From the NCBI GenBank assembly GCA_963771355.1, contig CAVYTA010000007.1, positions 736,001-800,000 of the forward strand: 64,000 nt of DNA, given 5' to 3'. Both the position numbers and the translations under genes were made by a program. Positions 43,158 through 54,209 of the stretch are shown piece after piece. Each line of letters begins with the position of its first letter. The stretch's first letter is position 1. The stretch comes from an uncultured Candidatus Rokubacteria bacterium (GTDB taxonomy: Bacteria > Methylomirabilota > Methylomirabilia > Rokubacteriales > CSP1-6). Under the pieces are notes generated by a model. It made no database searches. It was given only the letters and a program-made list of their open reading frames with translations, and was not told the DNA's origin.

Positions 43158-43352
43158 ATGGACAATCCAATGTTCGCAAGGGTCGTGATCGGCATAGGCA
43201 CGGTCCTCGTCCTTATCGCACTGTTCGCTGACCCCTTGGGCTTGGGGGGTCGGTCTGGTTTCGGGTGGAAGCAGGGGCTTGGGTTGGTCATCGGCGCCGT
43301 GGTCATTCTGGCGGGACTCTATCTGCGGCGCCGGGGGAAGGCGCCTATGTAG
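43158..43352 (+). CDS. Small two-TM membrane protein
   Basis: AAGGAGG RBS; ..FADPLGLGG..GFGWKQ.. Confidence 0.65.
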   Translation: MDNPMFARVVIGIGTVLVLIALFADPLGLGGRSGFGWKQGLGLVIGAVVILAGLYLRRRGKAPM

Positions 43353-43580
43353 GAACTAGCCACCCGCGGAGTACGCTGAGGGCACCAGGTGCGAGCCGAG
43401 GCACCTGGCACTTGCCCGAAGGCGATGAGCCGTCCATGGCCGAGGCTCTTGTGGCGTTCGTCGGCTAGTTTGCGCCCTCGACCGCGTATGCGCGGAAGTT
43501 GGCGCCCTTGTCGCGCGGAGGCACTAACTCCTTGGCCCCTACTGCCTGCCCCTTGACAGTCTGTAGCCGATAGAGTACAA

Positions 43581-43784
43581 ATGACCCCGATAGAGACTAT
43601 GGCGATGCGACTAAAGACGCTTCGAAAAGCGCGCGGCATGAGTCAGGAGGCGCTGGCGGAGCGCGCGGGCATCAGCCGCACGTATCTGGCTCGGCTGGAG
43701 ACGGCCCGACAAGATCCGACGCTCTCAACGCTCGAGAAGCTGGCGAAGGCACTGAAGGTGCCCATCGAGAAGCTGCTGAAGTGA
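43581..43784 (+). CDS. XRE-family helix-turn-helix regulator
   Basis: LKTLRKARGMSQEALAERAGISRTYLARLE..DPTL. Confidence 0.88.
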   Translation: MTPIETMAMRLKTLRKARGMSQEALAERAGISRTYLARLETARQDPTLSTLEKLAKALKVPIEKLLK

Positions 43785-44110
43785 TCCCCGACGCCCGCGA
43801 GCTTCACCGTATCATCACTGCCAGCGTGCGCGAGTTGCCGCCCGGCTCGAGGCGCAGGCCGGCGTGGTGGACGACGCCCAGCTCGAGCGGCTCATCTTCC
43901 GCGCCGCCGCGCCCATCGTCCATAGCGGCGAATATGATTCGACGCAACGTACGCGCAGTATTCCATGCCGTCAGACCAATGCAGTACTGCGGTACAATCC
44001 TGCCGTGGTCGCTCGCCGCCCAATTCAAATGACGCCTGTGGTCCTCCGGAATTCGGGTTTCCCAGGGTTTGGGATCTAGACTGCTGTCTTTTGGAACGAA
44101 AGGACTTGCG

Positions 44111-44962
44111 ATGATAGAGGCCTTGCGCGGCATCGTCATGGTTCCCGGCGGATGGCCAGGCAGTCGCGCCTCCGCGTCTGTCCTTGCTCTCTTGTTTCTT
44201 CTTGCCGCGTCTCCCGCGAATGCCGGGTTGAAAATTCGACCGGTGTTCTTGGGGGGTGCTCCGCCCGCTGACTCGAAGATGGTTGGTGGTGGCAATCTCG
44301 AGGAGATCTTCAAGGTTGCCGCCGAGTCCTGGGAAAACGTCTTCAAGACTGGCGGCGGAAACTGGGATGTCACGATTGAGTACGAGTGGAGCCCCAAATA
44401 CCCAACGTGGGGAAAGGAGGAGCTCATTGCCCAAGGCGGGAATCCAGTACGCATGACGCGGTCTCGTATCACCTTCAACAACAATCCGCCCGCGCCAGGC
44501 TTTTACGCCGATCCGACCCCACGCGACAGTACGGAGTACAAAAAGTTCACGTCGTACTTGATAGAGGATGTCCTGCTGAATCGTGCTCGCATTTTCAGCG
44601 AGGCGACCGGAGACGCCGAAGGCAGGATAGACCTCTTGACGATCGCCACCCACGAGATCGGCCACGCACTAGGGCTTGACTTCGATTACGTTGGCTATGA
44701 TTGTCGGCCTATCCCAGATGTTCCTGGTTGTTTTGTCACCGTCACGCCTCCCAGACCGTACGCCGGGTTTCTGATTGGAATCGACACTTCGGGTCACCTC
44801 GAGCTTGGCTACTACGCTCAGAATGATGCGGGCCCTCTGATGGTTAGGGACCCGCACCCTGGAGAGCGGCAGCTTATCAGCGCTCTCGATGCGCTCCTGA
44901 TTGCGCAGCTCAGCTCGTTCGACAAGCCGAACCTTAACCCGGCGTTGCCACCTCCGTGGTGA
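44111..44962 (+). CDS. Secreted zinc metalloprotease (metzincin/matrixin-like)
   Basis: Signal peptide, HEIGHALGLD, downstream PLM Met-turn. Confidence 0.75.
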   Translation: MIEALRGIVMVPGGWPGSRASASVLALLFLLAASPANAGLKIRPVFLGGAPPADSKMVGGGNLEEIFKVAAESWENVFKTGGGNWDVTIEYEWSPKYPTWGKEELIAQGGNPVRMTRSRITFNNNPPAPGFYADPTPRDSTEYKKFTSYLIEDVLLNRARIFSEATGDAEGRIDLLTIATHEIGHALGLDFDYVGYDCRPIPDVPGCFVTVTPPRPYAGFLIGIDTSGHLELGYYAQNDAGPLMVRDPHPGERQLISALDALLIAQLSSFDKPNLNPALPPPW

Positions 44963-45131
44963 TGGGTTTTGTGAACACGCTCGTGTCCGGGTATCAGCTA
45001 CCTGTGTGTTCAAGGGACTACGGGTCGCCAGGATCTAGGCGGCTAGTGCCAGGCAGACCCAGCTTCGAGACTAGGTAGCTACCGAAGCAGGTCAATCCAG
45101 AAAATGTCCGGTTGCGTGTAGCATTCAGCAT

Positions 45132-45149
45132 ATCCAGCCCCCGCAACCA
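45132..45149 (+). repeat. Exact 18-bp copy of the tRNA-fMet 3' end (attR-like)
   Basis: ATCCAGCCCCCGCAACCA = 25892-25909. Confidence 0.85.
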
Positions 45150-45308
45150 GAGCAAACAGGGCCTTGGAGGATCGTCAGCCTCCAAGATCCTTCGTGCCGT
45201 TCGGTTAGTGTCCTCTCCTTCTTCTGCTATGATCCCGAGGCGGGCACCACCGCCGGCAACTGTCCACGAGCGGAGTTCATCGCGGAAGACCAGTTCGCAG
45301 GGGGAGAC

Positions 45309-45986
45309 ATGACGATACCGATGGCAGGCTCTCGACCGCCACTGCAACCGGGGGAGACAGCGCCGGACTTTTCGCTGCCACTCGTGTCGGAAGCAGGAAC
45401 GGTGTCGCTCCAGGACTACCTCGGGCGAACGCCAGTCCTCCTCGTGCTCTTGCGGTACATTTGGTGACCGTTCTGCCGCCGGCACATCGCCCAGTTGGGC
45501 GGTACGCGCGCGAAGCTCGAAGCCCTCGGGATCGAAGCGCTTGGAATTACCGAAGACAGCGCTGAGCCGGTACGACGCTATTACCGGATCAGGCCGTCGA
45601 AGCTGCGATTGGCGACTGATGCGGAGCGGGTGGTTCATCGTAACTATGGCCTGCCGATGCCGCTGTACGCGGGTGCCTATACGGAGCTCCGGGAGACCAC
45701 GCTGATCAATCCCACCGGTGAGCTGCCAGCGCCGATGCCGATCCCGGCCGCGATGAAACGCCTGGACGAGAAGGACGGTCTCGTCGCGTTGCCCGAGGCC
45801 AAGGCCGTGATGGATGCTTTCGCGAAACGAGAATACGCGATGCATGTGGGCCACTTTCTCGTGGATCGATCGGGCGTGGTGCGCTGGACCTGGGTGGAGA
45901 GCCCATCGACCGAGGATATCTCCCAGTACGGTCGCTTCCCCACCGATGACGAGATCCTGGCGGCAGTCCGCTCCGCGGGGTGCTGA
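45309..45986 (+). CDS. AhpC/TSA redoxin-family selenoprotein (UxxC; UGA at 45465)
   Basis: GGAG RBS; PLQPGETAPDFSL..VLLVLLRYIW-TGA-PFCRRH continues in frame to FLVDRSGVVRW. Confidence 0.8.
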
Positions 45987-46015
45987 ACTGCCAAGGACCT
46001 CCCGTTGCTGGTCGA

Positions 46016-46105
46016 GCCCCCGCAACCAACAAACACAAGGGGTTCGGCGCTCTCGCCGAGCCCCTTTCGTGTTTCAGCTAGCCGACTTGTCCCAAAACTT
46101 GTCCC
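46016..46105 (+). repeat. tRNA-fMet 3' end + terminator + ACTTGTCCC x2 repeat (att-like junction)
   Basis: Near-identical to 25897-25986. Confidence 0.85.
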
Positions 46106-46339
46106 ACGCCGAAGCCGTTCCTGGCCCTACAACCGCCTGACATTCGACTGTTCCCTGGCCACCAGATTTCGGTTGTGTGCCCCCGGGGGAGTACCCCTCG
46201 TTCAACATCATGTTGGAATTTGCGAACTTCGGCGCGAGGCTCGGGGTGCTTCAGTTCGTTGAGAGAGTGAGGATGCCCGACAAGGTGAGCCCGCTGTTCG
46301 AGTGGTTTTCCCCAGGCCCTCCGAAGTATCGCCACGGTG

Positions 46340-46700
46340 TTACGGCGCCCCTCCTGCTGCTCCTGCCGGCGGTTTGAATTCCCTCTCCAGCCGGCGACGC
46401 TCGTATTCGGAATACTCCTTGCTGCCGCCGACATAGACACAGTGGCAATTGTCGGGATCTGCATATATGTACACGACGTTGCCGTCCTTGGTTCGGCTCA
46501 CGAGCCGATGCGGCGGTATCGACCGAAGATCCTCCTGCAGCTCAGTGGTATCCGTGGGACGCATGTGAAACCCCGCCGCTACGAGCATTTGCTCCGTATC
46601 TCGCTGGATCGCCGCGCATGCCGCACCGAGAAGCATCGGCACGGCAAGGAGCAGGGCTTCGGGCAAGGGCGTGAGGTGCTGTTGCAACTTGCCCTTGACC
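46340..46700 (-). CDS. Putative lipoprotein (YIYADP..CxC.YVG motif), start uncertain
   Basis: LLGAAC lipobox-like segment, EQMLVAAGF. Confidence 0.5.
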
Positions 46701-46829
46701 GGACTTGCTGTTCCCGGACGGTTCGAGGTCGTCAAGCAGTTACCTCCTCCACGGCCGCTTCCCATCTGACGCCAGCTAGGTCCGTTGGCTCTTGTCACAC
46801 TAATCGGTGTGGAGCCGATGAAGGCTGAG

Positions 46830-46903
46830 CCATTGGTCTGGAATGCACGATGATCGCAGCAGCCGTCCAACGTGACGTTGATGGAATACCGAAGGGGTCG
46901 CAT
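46830..46903 (-). pseudogene. N-terminal fragment of a DHFR/RibD-C family gene
   Basis: MRPLRYSINVTLDGCCDH. Confidence 0.55.
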
Positions 46904-47233
46904 GGCGTCAGCGTAGCGCCGATCGGCCAAAGACGATGGGCACGGGCGCGAGCAAGAGGTCGGCGAAGAGCATCTGGCTGTCCGTGACCCAGGCGGAGTC
47001 ATAGCCAAGCGACTCGACGTACGGGTAGAAGTCGATCTCGTCGATGTCGGCCATCACGCAGACACTCAGGCGCATAGCGGGTACGATACCTCAATCACGA
47101 ATCCGGTTTCTTCCCCACGCGAGCTTATCAGACCTCTGCCGGGGAAGGATCTGCCGCATACGCCTAAAGTCCGATTGACCGCCGAAACAGACGCTTTCTA
47201 CGATGTCGTCACACCCTTGAACAAGGAGGCCAT

Positions 47234-47530
47234 ATGAAGTGGAATGTCCGTCTTCAGGTCGGCATCTTGACGTTCGCGCTCACTGCGCCGGGCATTTTAG
47301 TCATGCCCATCGCTGGATACGCGCAAACCCAGTCGAAGGAGCGGCGGGACGACCGGCAGGATGATCGGAAGGGGTCGCGGGACACCAAGCAGGAGGGCCG
47401 CCAGGACGCACGTACCGAAAAGGCGGCATGTAAGAAGGGGGATGAGAAGAGTCGGGCGGAGTGCCGGCAGGACAAGCGGGGCACCAAGCAAGACGCGCGT
47501 GAGGGAGCCAGGGAGATCAAGAAAGACTAG
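47234..47530 (+). CDS. Small secreted, highly charged protein
   Basis: AAGGAGG RBS, signal peptide, R/D/K-rich repeats, two Cys. Confidence 0.7.
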   Translation: MKWNVRLQVGILTFALTAPGILVMPIAGYAQTQSKERRDDRQDDRKGSRDTKQEGRQDARTEKAACKKGDEKSRAECRQDKRGTKQDAREGAREIKKD

Positions 47531-47536
47531 CCGTCG

Positions 47537-47683
47537 ACCGCGGACCGTCTCCGGCGACGATCTCGCGAAGGCGATCGCTGACCTTGGCGATCGGGTGACC
47601 CGCCAAACCGGCAGCCATGTTCGGCTGACCACTCTCGAACGCGGCGAGCGCCACAGCACGATACCGCGTCACGCGGCCCTCAG
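47537..47683 (+). pseudogene. HicA-family toxin remnant
   Basis: VSGDDLAKA..LG..VTRQTGSHVRL..TIPRH; no start codon, no hicB. Confidence 0.65.
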
Positions 47684-47704
47684 GTGCGCGGTTGGGCGAG
47701 GCGG

Positions 47705-48066
47705 TCACGCACCGCGGCGGCCATCTGCGCCACCGTGGCCGCTTCTAGGATCACGGCCAGTGAGAGTTCCAGGCTCCACGTGGCCAGCACCTGCGATGCG
47801 ATGCGCATGGCGGCGAGGGAGTCCCCCCAGGTCGAGGAACTGATCGTCGATGCCCACTGAGTCCAGATCGAGCACCGACGCCCAGAGGTCGGCGAGCCAC
47901 CGCTCCAGCTCGTCGCGCGGCGGCGCGTACTGCGTGTCGAGGGGATAGGCAACCAGGTCGAGGAACTGATCGTCGATGTCCACTGAGTCCAGATCGAGCA
48001 CCGACGCCCAGAGGTCGCCGAGCCACCGCTCCAGCTCGTCGCGCGGCGGCGCGTACTGCGTGTCGA
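47705..48066 (-). pseudogene. NRPS-type carrier (PCP) domain fragment, partially duplicated
   Basis: YAPPRDELERWLADLWASVL..VGIDDQFLDLG-GDSLAAMRI. Confidence 0.75.
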
Positions 48067-48079
48067 GAGGATAGGCAAC
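47828..48079. repeat. 126-bp tandem duplication ending in the oriIS terminus GGATAGGCAAC
   Basis: 47828-47953 is near-identical to 47954-48079. Confidence 0.9.
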
Positions 48080-48235
48080 ATGAACGCCCTCCGGCGGCGG
48101 GCGCCCCTGGCTTGGGTTCCCGTCACCGTGCTTGGGTCCCGTCCCCGTGACACAACCTGCCGGACTCGGACGCCAGCCGCCCCAGGAGCCGCCGGCACAG
48201 CTGGGCAGTCGCGCTGGCGGCGACAGATGCTAGGC
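48067..48235 (-). mobile_element. Partial oriIS-like end
   Basis: GAGGATAGGCAACATGAACGCCCTCCGGCGGCGGG..CCCCAGGAGCCG. Confidence 0.8.
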
Positions 48236-48296
48236 TGGCTGCTCAGAGGTCAGCGCGCGCGCGGCAGCGTCGCGAGCGCGGGGAGGACGTGCCGGC

Positions 48297-49474
48297 ATGA
48301 GCAACCTGCCCCCGGGATTGAAGCCGAGACCGCGACCGTCGATCTCCGCCCGCGCCCTCGACGAGAAGCTCCCGCCGCCGCTGCGCGCCTATCTCGAGCG
48401 CGCCGAGGCCGCGGTGGCCGAGCCCTTTCGCGGGATCACCGCCGGCGGCGCCGTGGTCCCCGGCCTGTTCCCGCTGCAGCGCACGGGCGTGTCGACGGCA
48501 CCGATCCGCGAGGCCGCGGCGGCGTGGCTCGCCGCGCTGAGCCCGTCCCAGCGCGCGCGCGCCGCCTTCCCGGTGGACTCCGACGCCTGGCGGCGCTGGA
48601 GCAACATCCACCCCTTCATCATGCGCCACGGCGTCTCGCTCGACGAGCATGACCGAGCCGCAGCGCGAGCGGCGCTGGCCCTGCTGCAGCGCCACCTGAG
48701 CGCGGCCGGCTTCGAGACGCCCGCGACGTCATGCGGCTCAACGAGACGATCCGCGAGATCACCGGCCGCGACGACGAGTACGGCGAGTGGCTCTACTGGC
48801 TCAGCCTGTTCGGCAGCCGTCCGCAGACCGAGCCGTGGGGCTGGCAGCTCGACGGCCACCACCTCATCGTCAACTGCTTCGTCCTCGGCGACCAGGTCGT
48901 GATCACGCCGGTGTTCATGGGCTCGGAGCCGGTGGTCGCCGACGAGTGGCCTGTACGCGGGCACGCGCGTCATGCAGCGAGGAGCGCGACGGCCTGGCGC
49001 TGATGCGCGCCTCGACGCCGAGCAGCAGGCGGCGCGCGATCGCTCGGCGCACGGAGCTGCCCGGCGAGGTCGTTCACCGCCGCCTTCCGCGACAACTTCG
49101 AGCTGCGCTACGAGGGCATCCGCTACGAGCGAGCTCGCCGCCGGCCAGCAGCGACCAGCTGCTCGCGCTCATCGAGATCTACGTCGGCCGCATCGCGCCC
49201 GGGCACGCCGAGGTCAGGCTGGACGAGGTGCGCGGCACCTCGCCGAGACCTACTTCGCCTGGATGGGCGGCACGGCGACGACAGCGTCTTCTACTACCGC
49301 GTGCACAGCCCGGTCATCCTCATCGAGTTCGACCACCAGGGCGGCATCGCGTTCGACAACAACACGCCGTCGCGCAACCACATCCACACCATCGTGCGCA
49401 CGCCGAACGGCAACGACTACGGGAAGGACCTGCTGCGGCAGCACTACGCGCTGCACCACCGGCGTTCGGCCTAG
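48297..49474 (+). pseudogene. DUF3500-family protein, frameshifted
   Basis: [43 protein letters not shown]. Confidence 0.8.
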
Positions 49475-49489
49475 CGAGCGACGCTGCGG

Positions 49490-52400
49490 TCAGCTCGATC
49501 GCGGCCGCGTCGCCTCGGAGTCCAGCGTCGCGAGCTCCGCCTCGGCCTGCGACAGCCAGTGGCGCATGTCCATCTCGCGCAGCATCGCGTGCGCGGTGCT
49601 CAGGTGTTGCTGGGCCGCCTCGGTGCGCCCCTGCCGCCGGGCCAGGACGCCCCGCGCCAGTTCGGCACGGGCGAGGAGGGGGCGGAGTCCGAGCTCCTGC
49701 GCGATCGACGAGGCGGCTACGAGGTGGGCGTCGACGCTCTCCAGCTCACCGAGCAGGAGCAGGGCCCGTGTCTCATTGCCTCGCTCGCCGCGCTGGCGAG
49801 CCAGCTCGAGGCCGCGGGCGATGTGGTGCTGGGCCGTGGTCGCCGCGCCGTGGACCATGTAGCCTTCGGCGATAAAGACGTGCATGCGTGTCTCGTCGGA
49901 TCGCCGCCCTCCCGCGTCGATCCTGTCGAGCGCGTGCCGAGCAAGGGGATGCCCTCGTCGGCCCTCCCCAACGCGCAGTGGCAGTGCGCGAGCACCGCCC
50001 CCGCGGCGAGCGACATGGCAGCCAGGCCAGCCGCCGCTCTCATGCCCTCCAGCGCGGCTTCGACGGTGGCGATCGCGGAGGGGTAGTGGCCTCGCCGCGC
50101 GAGGATGAGGCCTTGCCCGAGTCGAGCGGCGAGCACGGTCGGAGGATGGTCGATGGACTCGGCGAGCCGGATGGCCTCGTGAACCGTCTCGAATGCACCG
50201 TCGAAGTCGCCTAGCTCCGCTCGACACGCGGCGAGTTCGTTCCGCGCGAACGATGCGGGGTAGAGCGTACGTCCGAGCCGCTGCCGCTCCAGGTCGCCCT
50301 GGAGCAGGGAGATCACGCCCGCGAAGAGATCGATGGCTTTCCGGGCGTCGCCCGCGCTCTGCAGCACTATGCCCAGGTTCACGCCAGCATGGATCCGGTG
50401 CTCCCGCAACCCCTTTGACTGCGCCAGCGCCAGGGCCCGCTCGCCGGTCTCCCGCGCGCGGGGCAGCTCACCGGAGAACCAGAGCGCGTTCGTCTGGTTT
50501 GCCAGCACCCGCACCAGGCGCTCCTCGTTGCCGAGCCGCTCGGCGAGGCTGCGCGCGATCTCCATGTGCTGCGCGAACGCGTCGCGCTCGTTCAGGGAGA
50601 AGAGGGCCGCGCCGATCAGGCACCGCACCTCGATGGTATGGGCGACGGTGTCCGGGGTCTGTGGCAGCCGTCCGAACGCGTCGATGGCGGTCTCGAAGTA
50701 CGCCTTCTGGACCTGGGGCGGCGCCGACCGGTCACCGGCCCGGATGCCAGCGCGGGTACCGTAGAGGGCGGCCTTGTCCCAGTGCTCCCCGCGCACGGCA
50801 TGGTGGCGAGCCGCTCGACGTGCTCGGCCAGCCGGTCGGCATGCAGTCGCTCGATGGCCGCCACGATCCGGGCGTGGAGCTCCCGCGGCGCTCACGGAGC
50901 ACGCTCCCGTAGGCGACCTCGTGCGTCAGGGCGTGCTTGAACGTGTACTCCGCCTCCGGGAACAAGCGCGTCTCGTAGAGGAACTCGGCGGCCTGCAGCC
51001 GCGCGAGCCCTCGGCGGAGAGCGTCGTCCGACACGTCCGCGATGGCGGCCAGCAGCGTCGAGCGGGACGTCCTTGCCGATCACGGCGGCCGACTGGAGCA
51101 GGCGCTTGTCCTCGGGCGACAGCCGGTCGATGCGCGCGGCGAGGATCGCCTGGACGGTGGCCGGGACCTGGATCGCCCGGCAACGGTCGCGCCAGGCGAT
51201 AGGCGCCGCGCTCGCCCGACCAGCGCCCTCGTCTCGACCAGCGTCCGCACGCTCTCCTCCAGGAAGAACGGATTGCCCTCCGTCCGCTCGATCAAGCAGC
51301 GCGCTTCAGCGGGCCGAGGCTCGCATCCTCGCCGAGCAGCGCGTCGAGCAGCTCCTCCGCGCTCTCGGGCGGCAGCGGGTCGAGCCGGAGCTGCGGGTAG
51401 TACGGTCTTGCTGCCCCAGCGGTGCTCGTACTCCGGCCGGTAGTTCACCAGCAGCAGGAGCCGCGCCGCCGGGAGGCTCTCGACCAGGCGTCGAGGCAGC
51501 GCCTGCGTCTCGGAGTCGATCCAGTGCAGGTCCTCGAAGACCAGCAGCAGCGGCTGCACCTGGCTCTCCCGCAGCAGGAGCCGCTTGAGCGCGTCGAGCG
51601 TCCGCTGGCGGCGCTGGGCGGGGTCGAGCGCCGCGCCACCGGGATCGTCGACCGGCACGTCCAGGAGCGCGAGGAGCGCGGGCAGCGCCGGCTCCAGGGC
51701 CGGTCGAGCGTCAGGAGCTTGCCCGTCACCTTCTCGCGGATCTCGCGCGCGTCGTCGCGGTCGCTCGATCCGGAAGTAGCCCTTGAGCAGCTCGATCACC
51801 GGCAGGTAGCACGTGGCCTTGCCGTACGAGACCGCGCCCGCCTCGAGCACGAGCCAGCCGTGCGATGCGGTGGGAGTGGATGAGCTCCCAGACCAGGCGC
51901 GACTTGCCCGACCCCCGGCTCGCCGACGACCGCGACGACCTGGCCGTGCCCGTCGCCGCGCCTGGTCGAGCGCGCGGTCGCAGCTGCGTCGAGCTCGCGC
52001 GTCGCGCCCGACGAACCGGGTCAGGCCGCGGGCCGCCGCGGCCTGCAGGCGCGTGCGCGCCGCGCCCGCCCCGGTCAGCTCGTAGACCTCGACGGGCTCG
52101 GCCAGCCCCTTGACCGGCACCGGCCCGAGCGGCTCTCACCTCGACGTAGCCCTCGGCCAGCGCCAGGGTCGTCGGCGGTCAGAGCGATCGCGCCGGGCAT
52201 CGGCAGCTGCTCCATGCGGGCGGCCAGGTGGGTGGTCTGGCCGACGGCGGTGTAGTCCATGTGCAGGTCGCTGCCGATCGCGCGCACGACCACCTCGCCG
52301 GTGTTCAGCCCGACCCGGATCTGCGACCGTCGACGCCGTGCTCGCGGCGCGACCGCCTCGGCGTAGCGCGCGACCGCCTCCTGCATGCCAGGGCGGCGTA

Positions 52401-52868
52401 GCAGGCGCGCACGGCGTGGTCCTCGTGGGCGAGCGGCGCGCCGAAGAGCGCCATGATGCCGTCGCCCATCACCTGGTTCACGGTGCCCTCGTAGCGGTGG
52501 ACGGCGTCCATCATGAGCTCGAGGACGGGATCGAGGAGCGTGCGGCGTCCTCGGGGTCGCGGTCGGCGAGCAGCTCCATCGAGCCCTCGAGGTCGGCGAA
52601 CAGGACGGTGACCTGCTTGCGCTCGCCCTCGAGCGCGGCCTTCGAGGTGAGGATCCGCTCGGCGAGGTGCCGGGCGTGTAGGTCGCGGGGCGCGGCGCGC
52701 GGCGGCAGCCGCGGCCACCGGGTGCGCACACGCCGAGCAGAACTTCGCCGCGGGGGCGAGCGGCGCGCCGCAGCTCGCGCACCGGGCCTCCAGGGGCGCG
52801 GCGCACTCGTGGCAGAACCTGGCTCCGGGCGGCGTGGCCGTCCGACATCGCGGGCACTGGATGGTCAT
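49490..52868 (-). pseudogene. Second zinc-ribbon/adenylate cyclase/AAA/TPR protein, frameshifted
   Basis: CPRC..FCHEC..CASC..FCSAC, GERKQVTVLFAD, FEDLHWID, FKHALTHEVAY. Confidence 0.85.
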
Positions 52869-52996
52869 GTGAGCGGCTCGATGTTTGGGTTAGCCGATAA
52901 TGCGGCCGCCGTCAATTCGCCGAGCCCGCCGGCGCCGCGGGGGTCGGCGACGGCGGCCAGGTCTCCTGCCGGGTAGCACCCGGTGGCCCTCGCGCG

Positions 52997-53354
52997 CTAG
53001 CCGCGTTGCGGGGTTGGCGCCGCCGGCCTGGGGCGGGCGCTGCGGGTCACCGTCACCTCGGAGCCCTTCACCTGGCTGCCGCAGTCCGGGCACTCGTAGC
53101 GCAGTCGCACCTCGTGGCCGCAGGGCGCGTGGACGAGGCGTGCGCGCTTGTCGACGTGGCGGGTGCCCCACTGGGCCAGCGCGCCAACCACCGTTCCCAG
53201 CTCGCGGCCGCGCTCGGTCAGTGTGTACTCCGCACGCGGCGGCCGGTCCGAGTAGAGCCGGCGCGACACCAGCCCCTGCTCCTCCATCCACTTGAGGCGG
53301 TCGGAGAGGATGTTGGGCGCGATCCCGGTGAGCGAGTCGAGCAGGTCCTGGCAG
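52997..53354 (-). pseudogene. HxlR-family regulator, 5' end replaced by oriIS
   Basis: QDLLDSLTGIAPNILSDRLK..PPRAEYTLTERG. Confidence 0.8.
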
Positions 53355-53477
53355 GAGGATAGGCAACATCAACGCCCTCCGGCGGCGGGCACCCGGGGGT
53401 CCGCACGGCGTGGGTCCCGTCCCCGTGACATAACCTGCCAGACCCGGACGCTGGCCGCCCCAGGAGCCGACGGCACC
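53355..53477 (-). mobile_element. Partial oriIS-like end
   Basis: GAGGATAGGCAACATCAACGCCCTCCGG..CCCCAGGAGCCG. Confidence 0.8.
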
Positions 53478-53490
53478 AGCGGGGCCCTCG

Positions 53491-53757
53491 TTAGTCCTTC
53501 TTGTGCTTCAGGACCATGCCATCCTCCGCGACGTGCACCTCGTACTTTTTGTTGTCGCGGACGTACTCAACCTCGTACACCTTCTTTCCCTTTTGGGTCT
53601 CGCGCTCGATTTCCTTGATACTGGCCCCCTTCGTTTCCTTCTCAATCGTCGCCCGGACTGGGGCCGGCACCTGATCAATCGTCACCTTGTCGCCCGCGAA
53701 CACTACCGAGGGCAGTACCACCGACGCCGCCAGAATCAGCACCCCGAACTTGCGCAT
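53491..53757 (-). CDS. PepSY-like small secreted protein
   Basis: Signal peptide, VPAPVRATIEK..IERE..VYEVEY..EDG. Confidence 0.75.
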   Translation of the reverse strand: MRKFGVLILAASVVLPSVVFAGDKVTIDQVPAPVRATIEKETKGASIKEIERETQKGKKVYEVEYVRDNKKYEVHVAEDGMVLKHKKD

Positions 53758-54209
53758 ATGTTCTGTTCCTCCTGCGGCCGATGATCGCCCAGATTCGATA
53801 GCCGCACAAGGGCGAGATCCAGCCGGCTGCCAGTTTGGTTCCAAGCAAGAGTGCATCCCCGCCTCGTTTTCCAGCAATCCTGGGACTTCACCTGCCAGTC
53901 TGCTACCTGCTACCAAACTGCTACCCAAAGGCCCCCGTCAGCCCTCCCGCAGGGTTACGCCCCGGCCGCGGATTCCAGACCCTCCTCTCGCGGGAATGCT
54001 TCGTCGCGGCGGCTCGTCGAAGGATAGTCCCGAACGCGCCGGCCGGTTGACGGCGGCGATGTGTCCGGCATAGCATGTCCCTCACTCGGCGGCTCGCTCG
54101 ACGTGTGAAAAGGCCGTTGGAGTCCAAGATGATCCGCCTCGACACGCGCGCACGGGCGTCCGCGCTCGTACTACTCCTGTGTTCATGCGTCACACCGAAG
54201 GAGACTTCT

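Noticed and set aside
45978..45990. Terminal GC-TGA of the redoxin as a second Sec (TrxR-like GCUG)
   Set aside because: The domain is complete at that point, read-through runs into the att repeat, and no convincing SECIS is visible
47537..47683. Functional HicAB toxin-antitoxin system
   Set aside because: Only an internal HicA fragment with no start codon and no antitoxin
47705..48066. NRPS gene cluster
   Set aside because: Only an isolated, broken carrier-domain fragment; no A or C domains in the window
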